In this document: piece after piece, positions 26,483 through 37,359 of the stretch
How positions within the stretch are numbered: position 1 is the stretch's first letter
How the letters are laid out: every line of letters starts with the position of its first letter
Assembly (NCBI GenBank): GCA_002633005.1
Contig: NMRA01000311.1
Coordinates: forward strand, 321,839-385,838
Direction: 5' to 3'
DNA: 64,000 nucleotides
DNA from: Phoronis australis
Lineage: Eukaryota; Animalia; Phoronida
Program-made: the position numbers and the translations under genes
Notes under the pieces: model-generated
The model's database searches: none
Told to the model about the DNA's origin: nothing
What the model saw: the letters and a program-made list of their open reading frames with translations, nothing else

Positions 26483-27017
26483 CCAGCACCTGTAGCCACC
26501 GCATTATTCTAAAAACCCGAGGTTGCAGATTAGTCACTGATAAATAAGCTTCTGCAAGCAATTAAGATTTTTAGTGCAACTCTGTAATTAACTTTTATTT
26601 CTTTTAAATGTTTCATGCCCAAAATACAGTTTCTCACAAAATAATAATACTACAGTGAAAGTTACAAACATTTCTTTAGACATTGATGATCTCTTGCAAA
26701 TCTTATACCTTAAGGCCAGCTGTAACTGTGGCACCACGCCTGCTGACAAGAGTGGTTGATACAGTAACTCACACTTTCCACAGTCTCTCTCTAGTATGTG
26801 CTTTAGTTTACCTCTCTCAAAGACTTGCGCACTTATCCAGTAATTCAGCCTCTTGCACAAATCAATGTGAAAGGACTTTATTGGCGAGGTTTGTTGTCTA
26901 TTTTTGCACCATCAGGATAAAGTTCAACAATATTTTTGTGTAAGAAGGCATGATCAGAATGCAACTCCACAATAAGTCAGAAAAATTGTGTGGAATAAAT
27001 TATGTTACATGATACTC

Positions 27018-30000
27018 TCACCTGCTTACATTCCGTACACATAATGAACCATTAGTTCCTCCGAATCCAAAAGAGTTTGTCAGAGCTATTCTTTTGTTGC
27101 TTTCCCAGGGAATGCACTTATTCGGAACATGCCTGAATGTAAAGCCGTTGTCAGGTGTATTCAAGTTTACTGTTGGTGGTATTACACCTGTGCGCACTGC
27201 CATGATGGTGAATATGGCTTCTACACTACCAGCTGCTCCCAACAGATGTCCTACCGCACCTTTAGTGGAGGAAACACGCAAACTATCACAGCTGTCCCCA
27301 AATAAGTGCTGTATTGCATTACATTCTGCCTTGTCACCAGACGGCGTTGAAGTAGCATGGGCATTTATATACCCGACAGACTCAGGTGAGAGCTCTGCAC
27401 CTTTCAATGCATTAGACATACATCTGTAAGCACCGTCGCCACTTTCTGGCGGTGACGTTATGTGATGAGCGTCGCCGGATAACCCATAACCTAATATCTC
27501 GGCAAATATCGGAGCTCCTCTGTCTAATGCTTTATTTAACTCCTCGAGTACAAGAATACCAGCTCCTTCAGCAATAACAAAACCATCCCGATTCTGGTCA
27601 AACGGTCGAGAGGCTTTTTCTGGAGTACTATTAAACTTTGTGCTGAGTGCTCTCATGCGGGCAAAGCCAGCTATTGACACGGGCGATACACAAGCCTCTG
27701 TTCCTCCGCATATCATGACATCAGCGTCTCCATGTTTGATGAATCTATAGGCGTCTCCTATTGCATGCAGACCGGTAGTACAGGCTGTCGACACAGAATG
27801 ATTGGGACCCTGCCAGATTAATATACATACATTAATTAGATTTTAGTTATTTATGATAAAGGTGAACATAGAACACAACAACAAAACAAGCCTGGTCACC
27901 TGTTCGGAATGTCTATTAGAATGACAACATCTCTGCCATAGATGGCAAATTTTTACACAGTATCACTAAAAGGCGAATAGGAAAATGTGGAACCAACAAA
28001 CAAATGCACAAATCTAGACGCAGTTTTTTGTTGTGAGGATGTTTTACTGATAGATGACACTAAACCGAGTACATGCCAGCGACAGCCAAAAGACACATGT
28101 ATTGTGACAAGGTAAACAAACCTAACATTGTTACATGGAGAAGACCAATAGTAAGTCTTCCCTTACTTAGCACACAGTATGGGCGACAAGCGAAATTCTT
28201 GGTCAACTTACTTCACAAAAATAAAAAAGTAAGAAAATTTTAGTCTTTTAGTCTATTTATACCATTTTTTATAAAGTGATGTTGTCGTTAAACATAATTT
28301 GGTAAAGTTTCCACTATCTGTAGCAAAGTCATCAGTCTTGGAAAAATGAATAAAATGGAACATGAATAAAATGACAATTTTGGCATTTTTTTGAGCGAAA
28401 TTAGTGTCGAATTGCAGTAGGTTAAGTACCTTGCAGTTGAACTTGAGTGCTATGTTCCCTGCTGCCATATTGGTGAGTATCCGTGGAACAAAGTGTGGAC
28501 TAACACTTCGGTAACCCTTCTTGCATAACCCTCTACCTGTGTCCACAATGTCATCCAGGCCGACCATTCCCATGCCAACAGCGACACCTGTCAACAGTGA
28601 GAAAAAACCATGGCCAGATCAGATCTTGCTGACCACGACTTCATGACAACAACATCAAGCTTGATCAAGAAATTCTATCCCAGGTCAGAGCTTCATGACT
28701 TTGGGCCACTGCTTCGTGCTTGAATGTAACTGTTCCTTTTCAAGGTCAGTGCTTCATATTTCTTGATCAAGACTGAATATATCTATCAAAGTACATAGCA
28801 AATTTCTCAGATGCGATAGCACCATTGCGTTAGATCATTAGTAAAGTCTCCCCGTTCTGTTTCGACAAGCCGCAGAAGGCTGCCTTCAAAACTCAGAAAA
28901 TACTGCTGACAAAAGCTCCTGTTATGCGGTATTCTAACACCAAGCCCATTACCATCTCACGTGATGCTTCTCAGTTAGGCCTTGGAGCACAGCTTTTGCA
29001 AGGTGAGCAACCAGTTTGCTATGCCTCTAAGTCCTTGACAGCAGCTGAAAAAGCATACTCCCGGACAGAAAAAGAATTACTGGCTATTGTGTTCCCTTGT
29101 CGTAAATTACACAATCTATTGTATGGTAGACTGATATTACCACAAAGACTGGTCACATGCCACTAGTCAGCATTATTAATAAGCCTTTGTTGCAAGTGCC
29201 AATGTGTCTCCAGAAGATGCTTTTGAAATTACAGTCCTATAGCTTTCGGCTCGTTGCCAAGGCAGGGAGATATATATCCCAATACCAGATGCTGTCAGCA
29301 GAGCCCCACTTAGTCACTGTTATTATCGTGGTCTTGTAGATGACTTTCACGACTATCAGGTCTGTGCTTTTCAACTGTCCATGCATTTTCTACACAGAAG
29401 TTAGCAGAGCTTCAGGAGGCCACTGAAAATGACCCAGAGTTTTTGAAACTCAAAACCATAATTCTTGAGGGTTGGCCCAAAGAAAAGTCTCAAGTAGACC
29501 GCCTGGCGCCAGGTCAAACATAATTGGGACTTTCGAAATGAATTGGCCGTCTATAATGCCAATCTCTTCCATGGAGAAAGGGTTATGATACTTCAAGCTA
29601 TCAGAAGTCATATTCTGAATTTGATTCATAGTAGCCATCAAAGCGTAGTTAAGAGCAAACAATTACCGTAGCTAGGGTGATACTCTTTTGGAAGGTATGA
29701 GTAAGGAGATAGCACATGTCAGTAAATGTGCAATTTGTCAACAGTTTGGAAATGCTCAGCAGTGCAAGTCTGATGAGTACAGTAGTAACAACACTGCCAT
29801 GATGGCAGGTTGTTGATGGTGTACGTTGTCTTGCAGCTGTTGATCACTATACTGTCTCGGCGCAACCATCTTCTCCAGCAGGGTGATACTGATGCTCCCA
29901 CTGTAGAGTGTGATAGCAAACAAAGAGTTGTAACTCAAAGCAAGAGACTCTTGGTGTCGTAATATTTATTAGTAATACCTGTTAGCATTAATCCCATTGT

Positions 30001-33000
30001 GTCTGACCTATAATGCAGTGCTTCTTCCTGTATGATGTAGTAGTGTGTTAAGACAATAGAATTTTACTCTTACTTCCATCTTGTGATCATCAAGTAACCA
30101 CACCACGTCCAATAACATAACATGGTGTCAGGAGTGCTGAAGAACTGAAGAATTTGAGGACTTGTTTATTTTGTGATTGCCTGGACTGCAACAATGGCTA
30201 GTTTACAAGGATTACACCCAACCATCCATGAATTGGTCAGCAAGCGACCTACCACTGACATTTAGCAACTTCAAGGGTCTGTGCCAATTATATTTTGAAG
30301 GACCACTGTCAACATTGGAGGAAACACAAATGATCAAATATTTGCTCATTTGGGTTTTTCAAGAGGGACGTGATATCCACAAAACATGGACATTAACTGC
30401 AGATGAAGCAAAGTCACTGGACACTTACTGGAAAAAATTCGAGGAGTATGTGACGCCCAGAAGTAATTTCTGTGTTGCGAGATTTCAACTGCGAACCCTG
30501 ACACAACAAGATGGTGAGTCAATTGATTCATTCTTGAAACGTATCAGGCTCCTTGTTGCTGAATGCCAATACAGTGAACCAGACGACCACATAATTGATG
30601 CCTTAGTCTTTGGCATTCAAAGTCGACATGTGCAAGCTAAGCTGTTACAAGAACCTGACAAGCTGACCCTTGACAAAGCCATTGAATTGTCTCGCTTACA
30701 TGAGGCAACAGCCCGACAACTCGACGACATACACCCCAGCAGTAACACAGCTGTGCATGCGATACACGCCGCTAAGCCCAAACCGCAGCACAGAAAGCCT
30801 CAGACACATGACAAAAAACCTGCCCACACATCCAATGACTGCGGACGGTGCGGAACAGCCCATTCCCAGCATGACAGATGTCCAGCGCAAGGTGCTACAT
30901 GTCTGGCCTGTGGCAAGAAGAATCACTGGGCCACTGTTTGTCGCAGTAAATCACGATCACGTCCAACTGGCACAAAACCTAATACACACGTACACGCTCT
31001 AAATACGAATGATGAAGTGTTGTATTTTCACTCGTTGCAAATACATAGTCTATCGGACACCCAAGCCATTGTCAACTTACCTCTGACCTCCGGTGATACA
31101 ACATGTGACATACCCTGCAAGACTGACACTGGCGCGGAAGGTAACGTGATCCCTATGTCCAAGTTTAAGAACATAGTACCTGCAATGACAGGACTCTCCC
31201 CATCCAAAACACGCATCGAAGTTTATGGCGGCAGCACATTGAAGCAGTATGGTACATGCACTCTCACACTGACACATGGTACACAGAGCAAAGAGTGCAC
31301 CTTCCATGTTGTAGAAGCAGATGGTCCAGTCATACTAGGACTTCCAACATGCCGCGCTTTGCAACTGATTTCACTGAACTGCGAGATCACTACCCATACC
31401 AAAGACCCTGAACTAGGTGACATTCTACCAGGCCACTCAAGCCCATTTGTGGTGCCTACAGCTTCCTTCACAAGACTTGACGGTGACTCCAATGCAAAAG
31501 ACCATATACTCCGAAAGTATAAAGACGTCTTCGAAGGCATTGGGTGTTTTGAAGGAGAGGCACACATCACTCTTGACCCTACTGTTTCCCCAGTTGTTCA
31601 GCCCGCGAGAAGCATCCCTGAAGCATTCCGTGAGCCCTTGAAAGATGAGTTACAGAAACTTGAGTCACAAGGCATAATAGCCAAGGTGGACGGCCCAACA
31701 GATTGGGTGAACGCTCTGGTATGTATCACCAAACCGAATGGTTCGCTACGTCTTCATCTCGATCCAAAAGACCTCAACAAAGCCATAAAAAGACCCCATC
31801 ATTACACACCTACACTGAACGATGTACTGCCCAAGCTCAATGGTGCTAAGTATTTCTCCATCATTGACGCACGCTCTGGGTACTGGAACATCAAGCTGGA
31901 TGATGAGAGTTCACATTATACGACGTTCAACTGCATTTATGGAAGAAGAAGATTTCTCCGTCTGCCATTTGGTCTCAACTGTTCCCAAGATTTGTTCCAG
32001 CGAAAGGTTGATGAAACATTTGGCGACCTCACAGGTGTTACAGGTATCGCCGACGACATTATTGTCTATGGAAAGAAGGCTGACGGAAGCGACCATGACG
32101 CGAACCTAGAAGCTCTCATGAAGCGCGCTCGGCAGACAGGAATAAAGTTCAATGCTGATAAATGTCACATACGGTGTAGTGAAATCCCGTTTTTCGGTCA
32201 CATTATTAGTCGCAATGGCATACGCCCTGATCCACGCAAGACTGAAGCCATCGCGCGTATGGACCCTTCACAAAGTCTCGAAAGTCTTCAAACCTTCCTC
32301 GGCATGACCCAGTTCCTGTGCCGATTCACCCCCAAGTTAGTGTCGGTAGCCGCACCACTATGGGACTTGATCCAGAAAAAGTTCATCTGGGGACCTGAGC
32401 ACCAGAAGGCAGTAGATCAAGTCAAAGCCCTAGTCACCAATCCAGAAACACTGCAGTACTATGATAATTCAAAACCACTAGTAGTACAGGTCGACGTCTC
32501 ATCCAAAGGTCTAGGAGCCGAACTACTCCAGGAAAGTGGACCAATCGAGTATAGAAGCAAACTGCTAACAGAAACCGAATCGCGTTATTCTAATATTGTG
32601 AGAGAATATCTGGCGGTCGTGTTTGGTCTGGAAGCCTTCCACCATTACATATATGGCAGACATGTTCAAGTGAACTCTGACCATAAGCCGCTGGAATCTA
32701 TTACGAAGAAACATATCTCAAGCGCATCACCCAGGCTTGCCCGTATGCTGCTAAGGACCCAGAAATATGACTTCGACTTAGTGTACGTAGGCAAGAACGA
32801 AGTTCCACTAGCAGATGGCCTATCACGCATTGACCCATGTGCTGCAGATACAATCCCAGGATTTGACATAACCGTGCACGAGATACAGCTCCAACTGAAT
32901 GCCAGTCATACTCGTCTAACTCAGATCTGCTATGAGACAGCGAAGGACCCTGAGATGATGGTACTACAAAACATGATTGCCAACGGATGGCCTAACTCCA

Positions 33001-36000
33001 GAGCTGATTGCCCCACCACTCTGCATGGATACTGGAACTTCAGAGACGAGTTGGGAGTCGAAGATGGAATCATCATCAAAGGAAGACGTATAGTCGTGCC
33101 ACAATCATTACGCCAAACAGTGCTCAAACAGATTCATTATGCCCACCAAGGAATCGAAAAGTGCCGATTACGAGCCCGAGCGTCAGTATTCTGGGATGGA
33201 ATCAACAGGGACATCAACGCCAACGTGTCCAATTGTGCATCGTGCCAAGCACACCAGAATGCAAAGAACCTCTGTTACCACTAGACGTTCCACCTAGACC
33301 GTGGCACACACTTGGTATGGACCTATTCTACTGGCAACAGAAGAACTATCTCTTAGTCGCTGACATGTACAGCAAGTTTCCCATCGTACGAAGATTACAC
33401 TCAACTACGTCCGGTTCTGTCATCAACCATTTGAAGACTATATTTGATGAACACGGTCTCCCCGAGAAAATCGTCTCAGACAACGGACCACAGTTCTCAT
33501 CATACGAGTTCAAACAGTTTGCTGAAGTATACGAACTAGAACATGTTACAACATCACCGATGTTTCCCCAAGCCAACGGGTTCATAGAAAGAATGGTACA
33601 GACAGTGAAGAATCTATTCACAAAGGCCTTCAAGACAGGCAGTGACTCCCACTTGGCAATGTTGTGCCTAAGATCAACACCGATTGATCACAAAACTCCG
33701 TCTCCGAGTGAACTGCTCAACGGCAGAAGGTATCGCACCATGCTACCTTCTTTGCCTACCAAGGGGAACGGCGTGAGCAACGAAGCACTTCAAATGCGCC
33801 AAGAAGCACAGAAGCGCAACTTCCCCGGCTCAAAACAGTTACCTCCGCTATATCCGAGCGACAATGTACGCATGCTAAATACAGATACCAAGATGTGGGA
33901 ACCTGGAAAGGTTCTCAATCAGGAAGCCACACCCCCGATCATATAAGGTGAAAACCAACCGAGGAACTTTCTGTCGCAACAGAAGACATTTGCGCAAGAC
34001 CTCAGAAAACTTCGAAATTGACCAGCAGACCCAACTCGACACATCGATGCCAGAAGAACCAAATATCCCTAATGAAATTCAAACTGATACTCCTGCGACC
34101 ACCCGAAGTGGACGTACTGTGCGGAAACCTCAGCGGATGGACTTGTGAAAACGGAGCTTTTTATTTTATTAGTTTTCTTTTTTGTTAACACCTTAAGTGT
34201 TATACCGAACATTTACTGTCGTAGTTTAAAGGATATTAGACTTTTATGTCAGCTTCATCTGTTTCTTCAAGAAGGGGAGATGTCGTAATATTTATTAGTA
34301 ACACCTGTTAGCATTAATCCCATTGTGCCTGACCTATAATGCAGTGCTTCTTCCTGTATGATGTAGTGTGTTAAGACAATAGAATTTTACTCTTACTTCC
34401 ATCTTGTGATCATCAAGTAACCACACCACATCCAATAACATAACACTTGGAATCTGCCGAGGAACCAGAGATAATGCACTCTGGTCGGGTGTCTCAGCCT
34501 CCACCTTCATTGATTGACTAGTTATCCAACTTTTGTGTTCGAAACAGTGATACACACACATGCACGCACCCAGGCACGCACATACATATTATATATATTA
34601 TTTTCTTTGTGCTGATGGCATTTCCATGCTATTTCATGTGCTCTATCACAGATGATTTCATGGTTGTAAGTACACAGCACCTACTGTGTAACGGGTAACT
34701 GAAGAACAGGAGGCAAAATCATTACATAAAATGCCCAATAGGTGGCCATACATTACAACTTTGCAAACCTGTTCTGCATGATACATCCTCAGTTTCGTTC
34801 ATCGCATAGCCTGACATCTTTACTGCCTCTTCTGCAGCCACCAGGGCATACGCTGAAGCGAGAGACATCTTACGCAACTCTGATGAGGAAAAGTATGAGT
34901 CCAAGTCCAGATCGCCCACTTCTTCACCTCGTGGAACAATGCCAGCAACGCGACTTGGAAGTTTTTCATAATCTGAGAACGAATGCAAGATCACATGAAG
35001 TAGCAGTAACTACAGAAATTTCCACTTATTTTGCACAAAAATAATCACCAAAATTGATATTTTTCAAAGACTGTGAGGCACAATTTTCCGAAAGGCTTCC
35101 GGCATATGAAGCACCTATAGGAGCGTCACCGTTCTCATGGCCAGTCAAGATAGTGGCACCGTCTAGATAGTGGCACTGTCTACCTAGCCAGCCAGCTAGC
35201 TGTAAGAAGACTATCGTCAAAACATTAACTAGTTACCACTGTGTGTTGAGCTCCATCAGATCCCGAAATTTCACACAGCCAGGGTAGTTCTGCTCGTCAC
35301 ATCATTGCGAAACACTTATATCATCACATGTAGTGCTAATGACCAGTGCAAAATCTCAGAGTTAATCGACATTCACCTTGCAATCGTTTAAGTGAATAAT
35401 AAATGTCATTTTCTTGTACAATTCTTCGCCTTTTCTAGCAAAGAAAAGTCCGCCATTGTTTTGAAAACAGGGGATATGATGTTATACCACCTGCCGCACA
35501 CAGTGTTAAAAATGGCGAGTTACCGATTTTGGAAATGGGAAATGAACGAGGGATTGCTCTAAGAGTTGAAGAAAAAGTATTTGTTCGAGTTGGAAGGATA
35601 TAAATACATCAACAGCCTCCTAAGGTGTCCCTCTATGTACAAAAGGTATTTATAACAACGTGACTTTGATGTTTAGGAAGGGCCTATCAATAGCCATAGA
35701 AGATCCACCGTGGACGTGGTCACTCACTCACTAGTGTAGCGGCACTGGTCAGATATAGCGGTCCCTGATTTAAAGAACCAGGCAATCACTGAATAACAGA
35801 CCCGTTATTTAGTGGATGAACTGGTTCTCTAAATCAGGGACCGCTATTTCCGACCAGTGCCCATGGCGCTAGTCGTGCCCAGTGCCACTGGCAGTGTTAG
35901 TGATAGGCAATGACCATCGCCTCTGTTGGCCCGAACCAGAGGCGATGCAGAGGCTATAGGCACTCTGTACGCCGGAAGCTTTTCGGCGAATTATGCCTCG

Positions 36001-37036
36001 CACCGACTAAACCATCAAAGTCACGTTGTTATAAATACCTTTTGCGCATAGAGGAACACCTGAGGAGGTTGTCGATGTGTTTAATTCCTTTCGAACAAAT
36101 TCTCCTATTATCAAACTTTTTCTTCGAGCAGTCCCTATTTCAATTCCCAAAATCGTGAAATCAACTTTTTCATTTTTTAACCAGGCCAAAGGTCAGAAGT
36201 TGCGGACCTACCGGCGAACTTTGAATGCTGAAGTTCCTGCCCTTCGCGTACGTGCTGCCGGGAACCAGCCGTGCATTTGCCGTGTTGTTAAACATTAAAA
36301 TGTCAAATATGTGCACAAAGACTATTAAATGTCATATCAACAGCATTTATTTTTATCAAATACAAACAATAATTCATTGAAATACAATCAGTTTCAAGTA
36401 ACGCCAATTAAAGACAAGTATAAGTGGTGGCATTTTGGAAACGAACATTTGACTGACAAGACCGCAATGGCTCACCTTTGGCCTATTTAAAAATTATTGA
36501 GGTTATGAAGTCACATCACCTAGCGAGCGCGGTAAAAATTGGAGCGTGCGCAGTACAAAAATTTTGATTTCACGATTTTGGGAACTGAAATAGGGACTGC
36601 TCGAAGAAAAAGTTTCATAACGGGAGTATTTGTTCGAGTTGGAAGGACTTAAACACATCGACAACCTCCTAAGGTGTTCTTCTATGCGCAAAAGGTATTT
36701 ATAACAACGTGACTTTGATGGTTTAGTCGGTGCGAGGCATAATTCGCCGAAAAGCTTCCGGCGTACAGAGCGCCTATAGGGTCTGCATCGCCTCTGGTTC
36801 GGGCCAACAGAGGCGATGGTCATTGCCTATGTTAGTGACTGGAGTGGCAGTGTCGCTAGCCTCTAGTCTAGAGATCTAATGAACGCAGTTGCAACATCAC
36901 CTTCGCCAACCATTTTTCTTATTCCAGTTTGACCAGCGACAAGTTTGCCCCACACGTGTTCAAGTTTTACACCCAAGCTTGTTACTAATCCCATACCAGT
37001 CACCACGACTCGGCGGGATGGAAATGAAGCTGTCAT
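27018..37036 (-). CDS. OXSM: 3-oxoacyl-[ACP] synthase, mitochondrial (FabF-like), 429 aa
   Basis: Exons 37036-36901 ([16 protein letters not shown]), 34972-34769 ([11 protein letters not shown]), 28587-28430 ([16 protein letters not shown]), 27809-27018 ([39 protein letters not shown]). Cys-His-His triad present; phases compatible; 1290 nt. Confidence 0.96.
28880..29954 (+). mobile_element. Old degraded Ty3/Gypsy pol remnant (RNase H and integrase Zn-binding region); resumes at 34451-34520 after the nested insertion
   Basis: [44 protein letters not shown]; frameshifted [13 protein letters not shown]...CAICQQ; C-terminal [14 protein letters not shown] at ~34477-34520. Confidence 0.8.
29955..30122 (+). 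repeat. 5' LTR (168 bp)
   Basis: Matches 34281-34445 with 3 substitutions and one 3-bp indel. Confidence 0.95.
30123..30136 (+). promoter_or_regulatory. Primer-binding site complementary to the tRNA-Leu 3' end
   Basis: TGGTGTCAGGAGTG directly after the LTR CA. Confidence 0.85.
30177..34148 (+). pseudogene. gag-pol polyprotein (Zn knuckles, protease, RT, RNase H, integrase) with about three frameshifts
   Basis: CGRCGTAH..C and [45 protein letters not shown]2C2 motif, rve VSDNGPQF...NGFIERMV, terminal [10 protein letters not shown]. Shifts near 30203 (likely ATG 30194), ~33265 and ~33935. Confidence 0.92.
34281..34445 (+). repeat. 3' LTR (165 bp), preceded by polypurine tract 34269-34280
   Basis: Direct repeat of 29955-30122. 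Confidence 0.95.
35741..35861. repeat. ~120-bp hairpin / small foldback element
   Basis: GGCACTGGTCAGATATAGCGGTCCCTGATTTAAAGAACCAG...CTGGTTCTCTAAATCAGGGACCGCTATTTCCGACCAGTGCC. Confidence 0.8.
35904..36829. mobile_element. Non-autonomous long-TIR DNA transposon (Mutator/MULE-like), OXSM intron 1
   Basis: ~260-bp highly similar inverted arms starting TAGGCAATGACC; exact 9-bp TSD TGTTAGTGA (35895-35903, 36830-36838). Confidence 0.85.
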
Positions 37037-37359
37037 TTTTTGACAAGGCAAAGGGCGCAGACATTATGAAATGATGCACCAAAACGCCTTTTAAATTTGC
37101 CGATTTAAAACTTTTTAAAACACAGTAAGAGCCCAATATTCATAAAAAATTTATTTGATAGTATTTTGTATGCGATTCTTTGTTTCAAATATAGCTTAAT
37201 TACCAAAAGTTAGATATGAAAAAATAATTGGGGTTACGGCGACCCCATAACCTTTTGGCGTTGTTGCAGTGGAAACGAAGACGAGAGTTTCAAATGTGAA
37301 GGCGAATCGACCAATTTGTTCAGACAAAAAGCAGTGCTTGGTTCAACCTTTCTGCAACC
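37037..37359. promoter_or_regulatory. Bidirectional promoter OXSM / WD40 gene, with X-box-like motif GTTGCAGTGGAAAC (37263-37276)
   Basis: Divergent start codons 323 bp apart; motif matches GTTGCCATGGAAAC at 12/14. Confidence 0.65.

Larger units (their letters stand above)
29955..34445 (+). mobile_element. Full-length Ty3/Gypsy (Mag-like) LTR retrotransposon, 4491 bp, antisense in OXSM intron 2
   Basis: TG...CA LTRs 29955-30122 and 34281-34445, 5-bp TSD CTTGG (29950-29954, 34446-34450), tRNA-Leu PBS, PPT AAGAAGGGGAGA, single gag-pol. Confidence 0.97.

Noticed and set aside
27018-27794. 258-aa FabF-like ORF as a bacterial transfer or PKS gene
   Set aside because: It is the last exon of the four-exon nuclear OXSM gene.
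30346-33633. Short antisense and alternate-frame ORFs within the retrotransposon
   Set aside because: Shadow frames of gag-pol, apart from the frameshifted integrase part in ORF 33008..33946.
35910-36823. Paired ORFs starting [14 protein letters not shown]
   Set aside because: Mirror translations of the two TIRs of a non-autonomous transposon.
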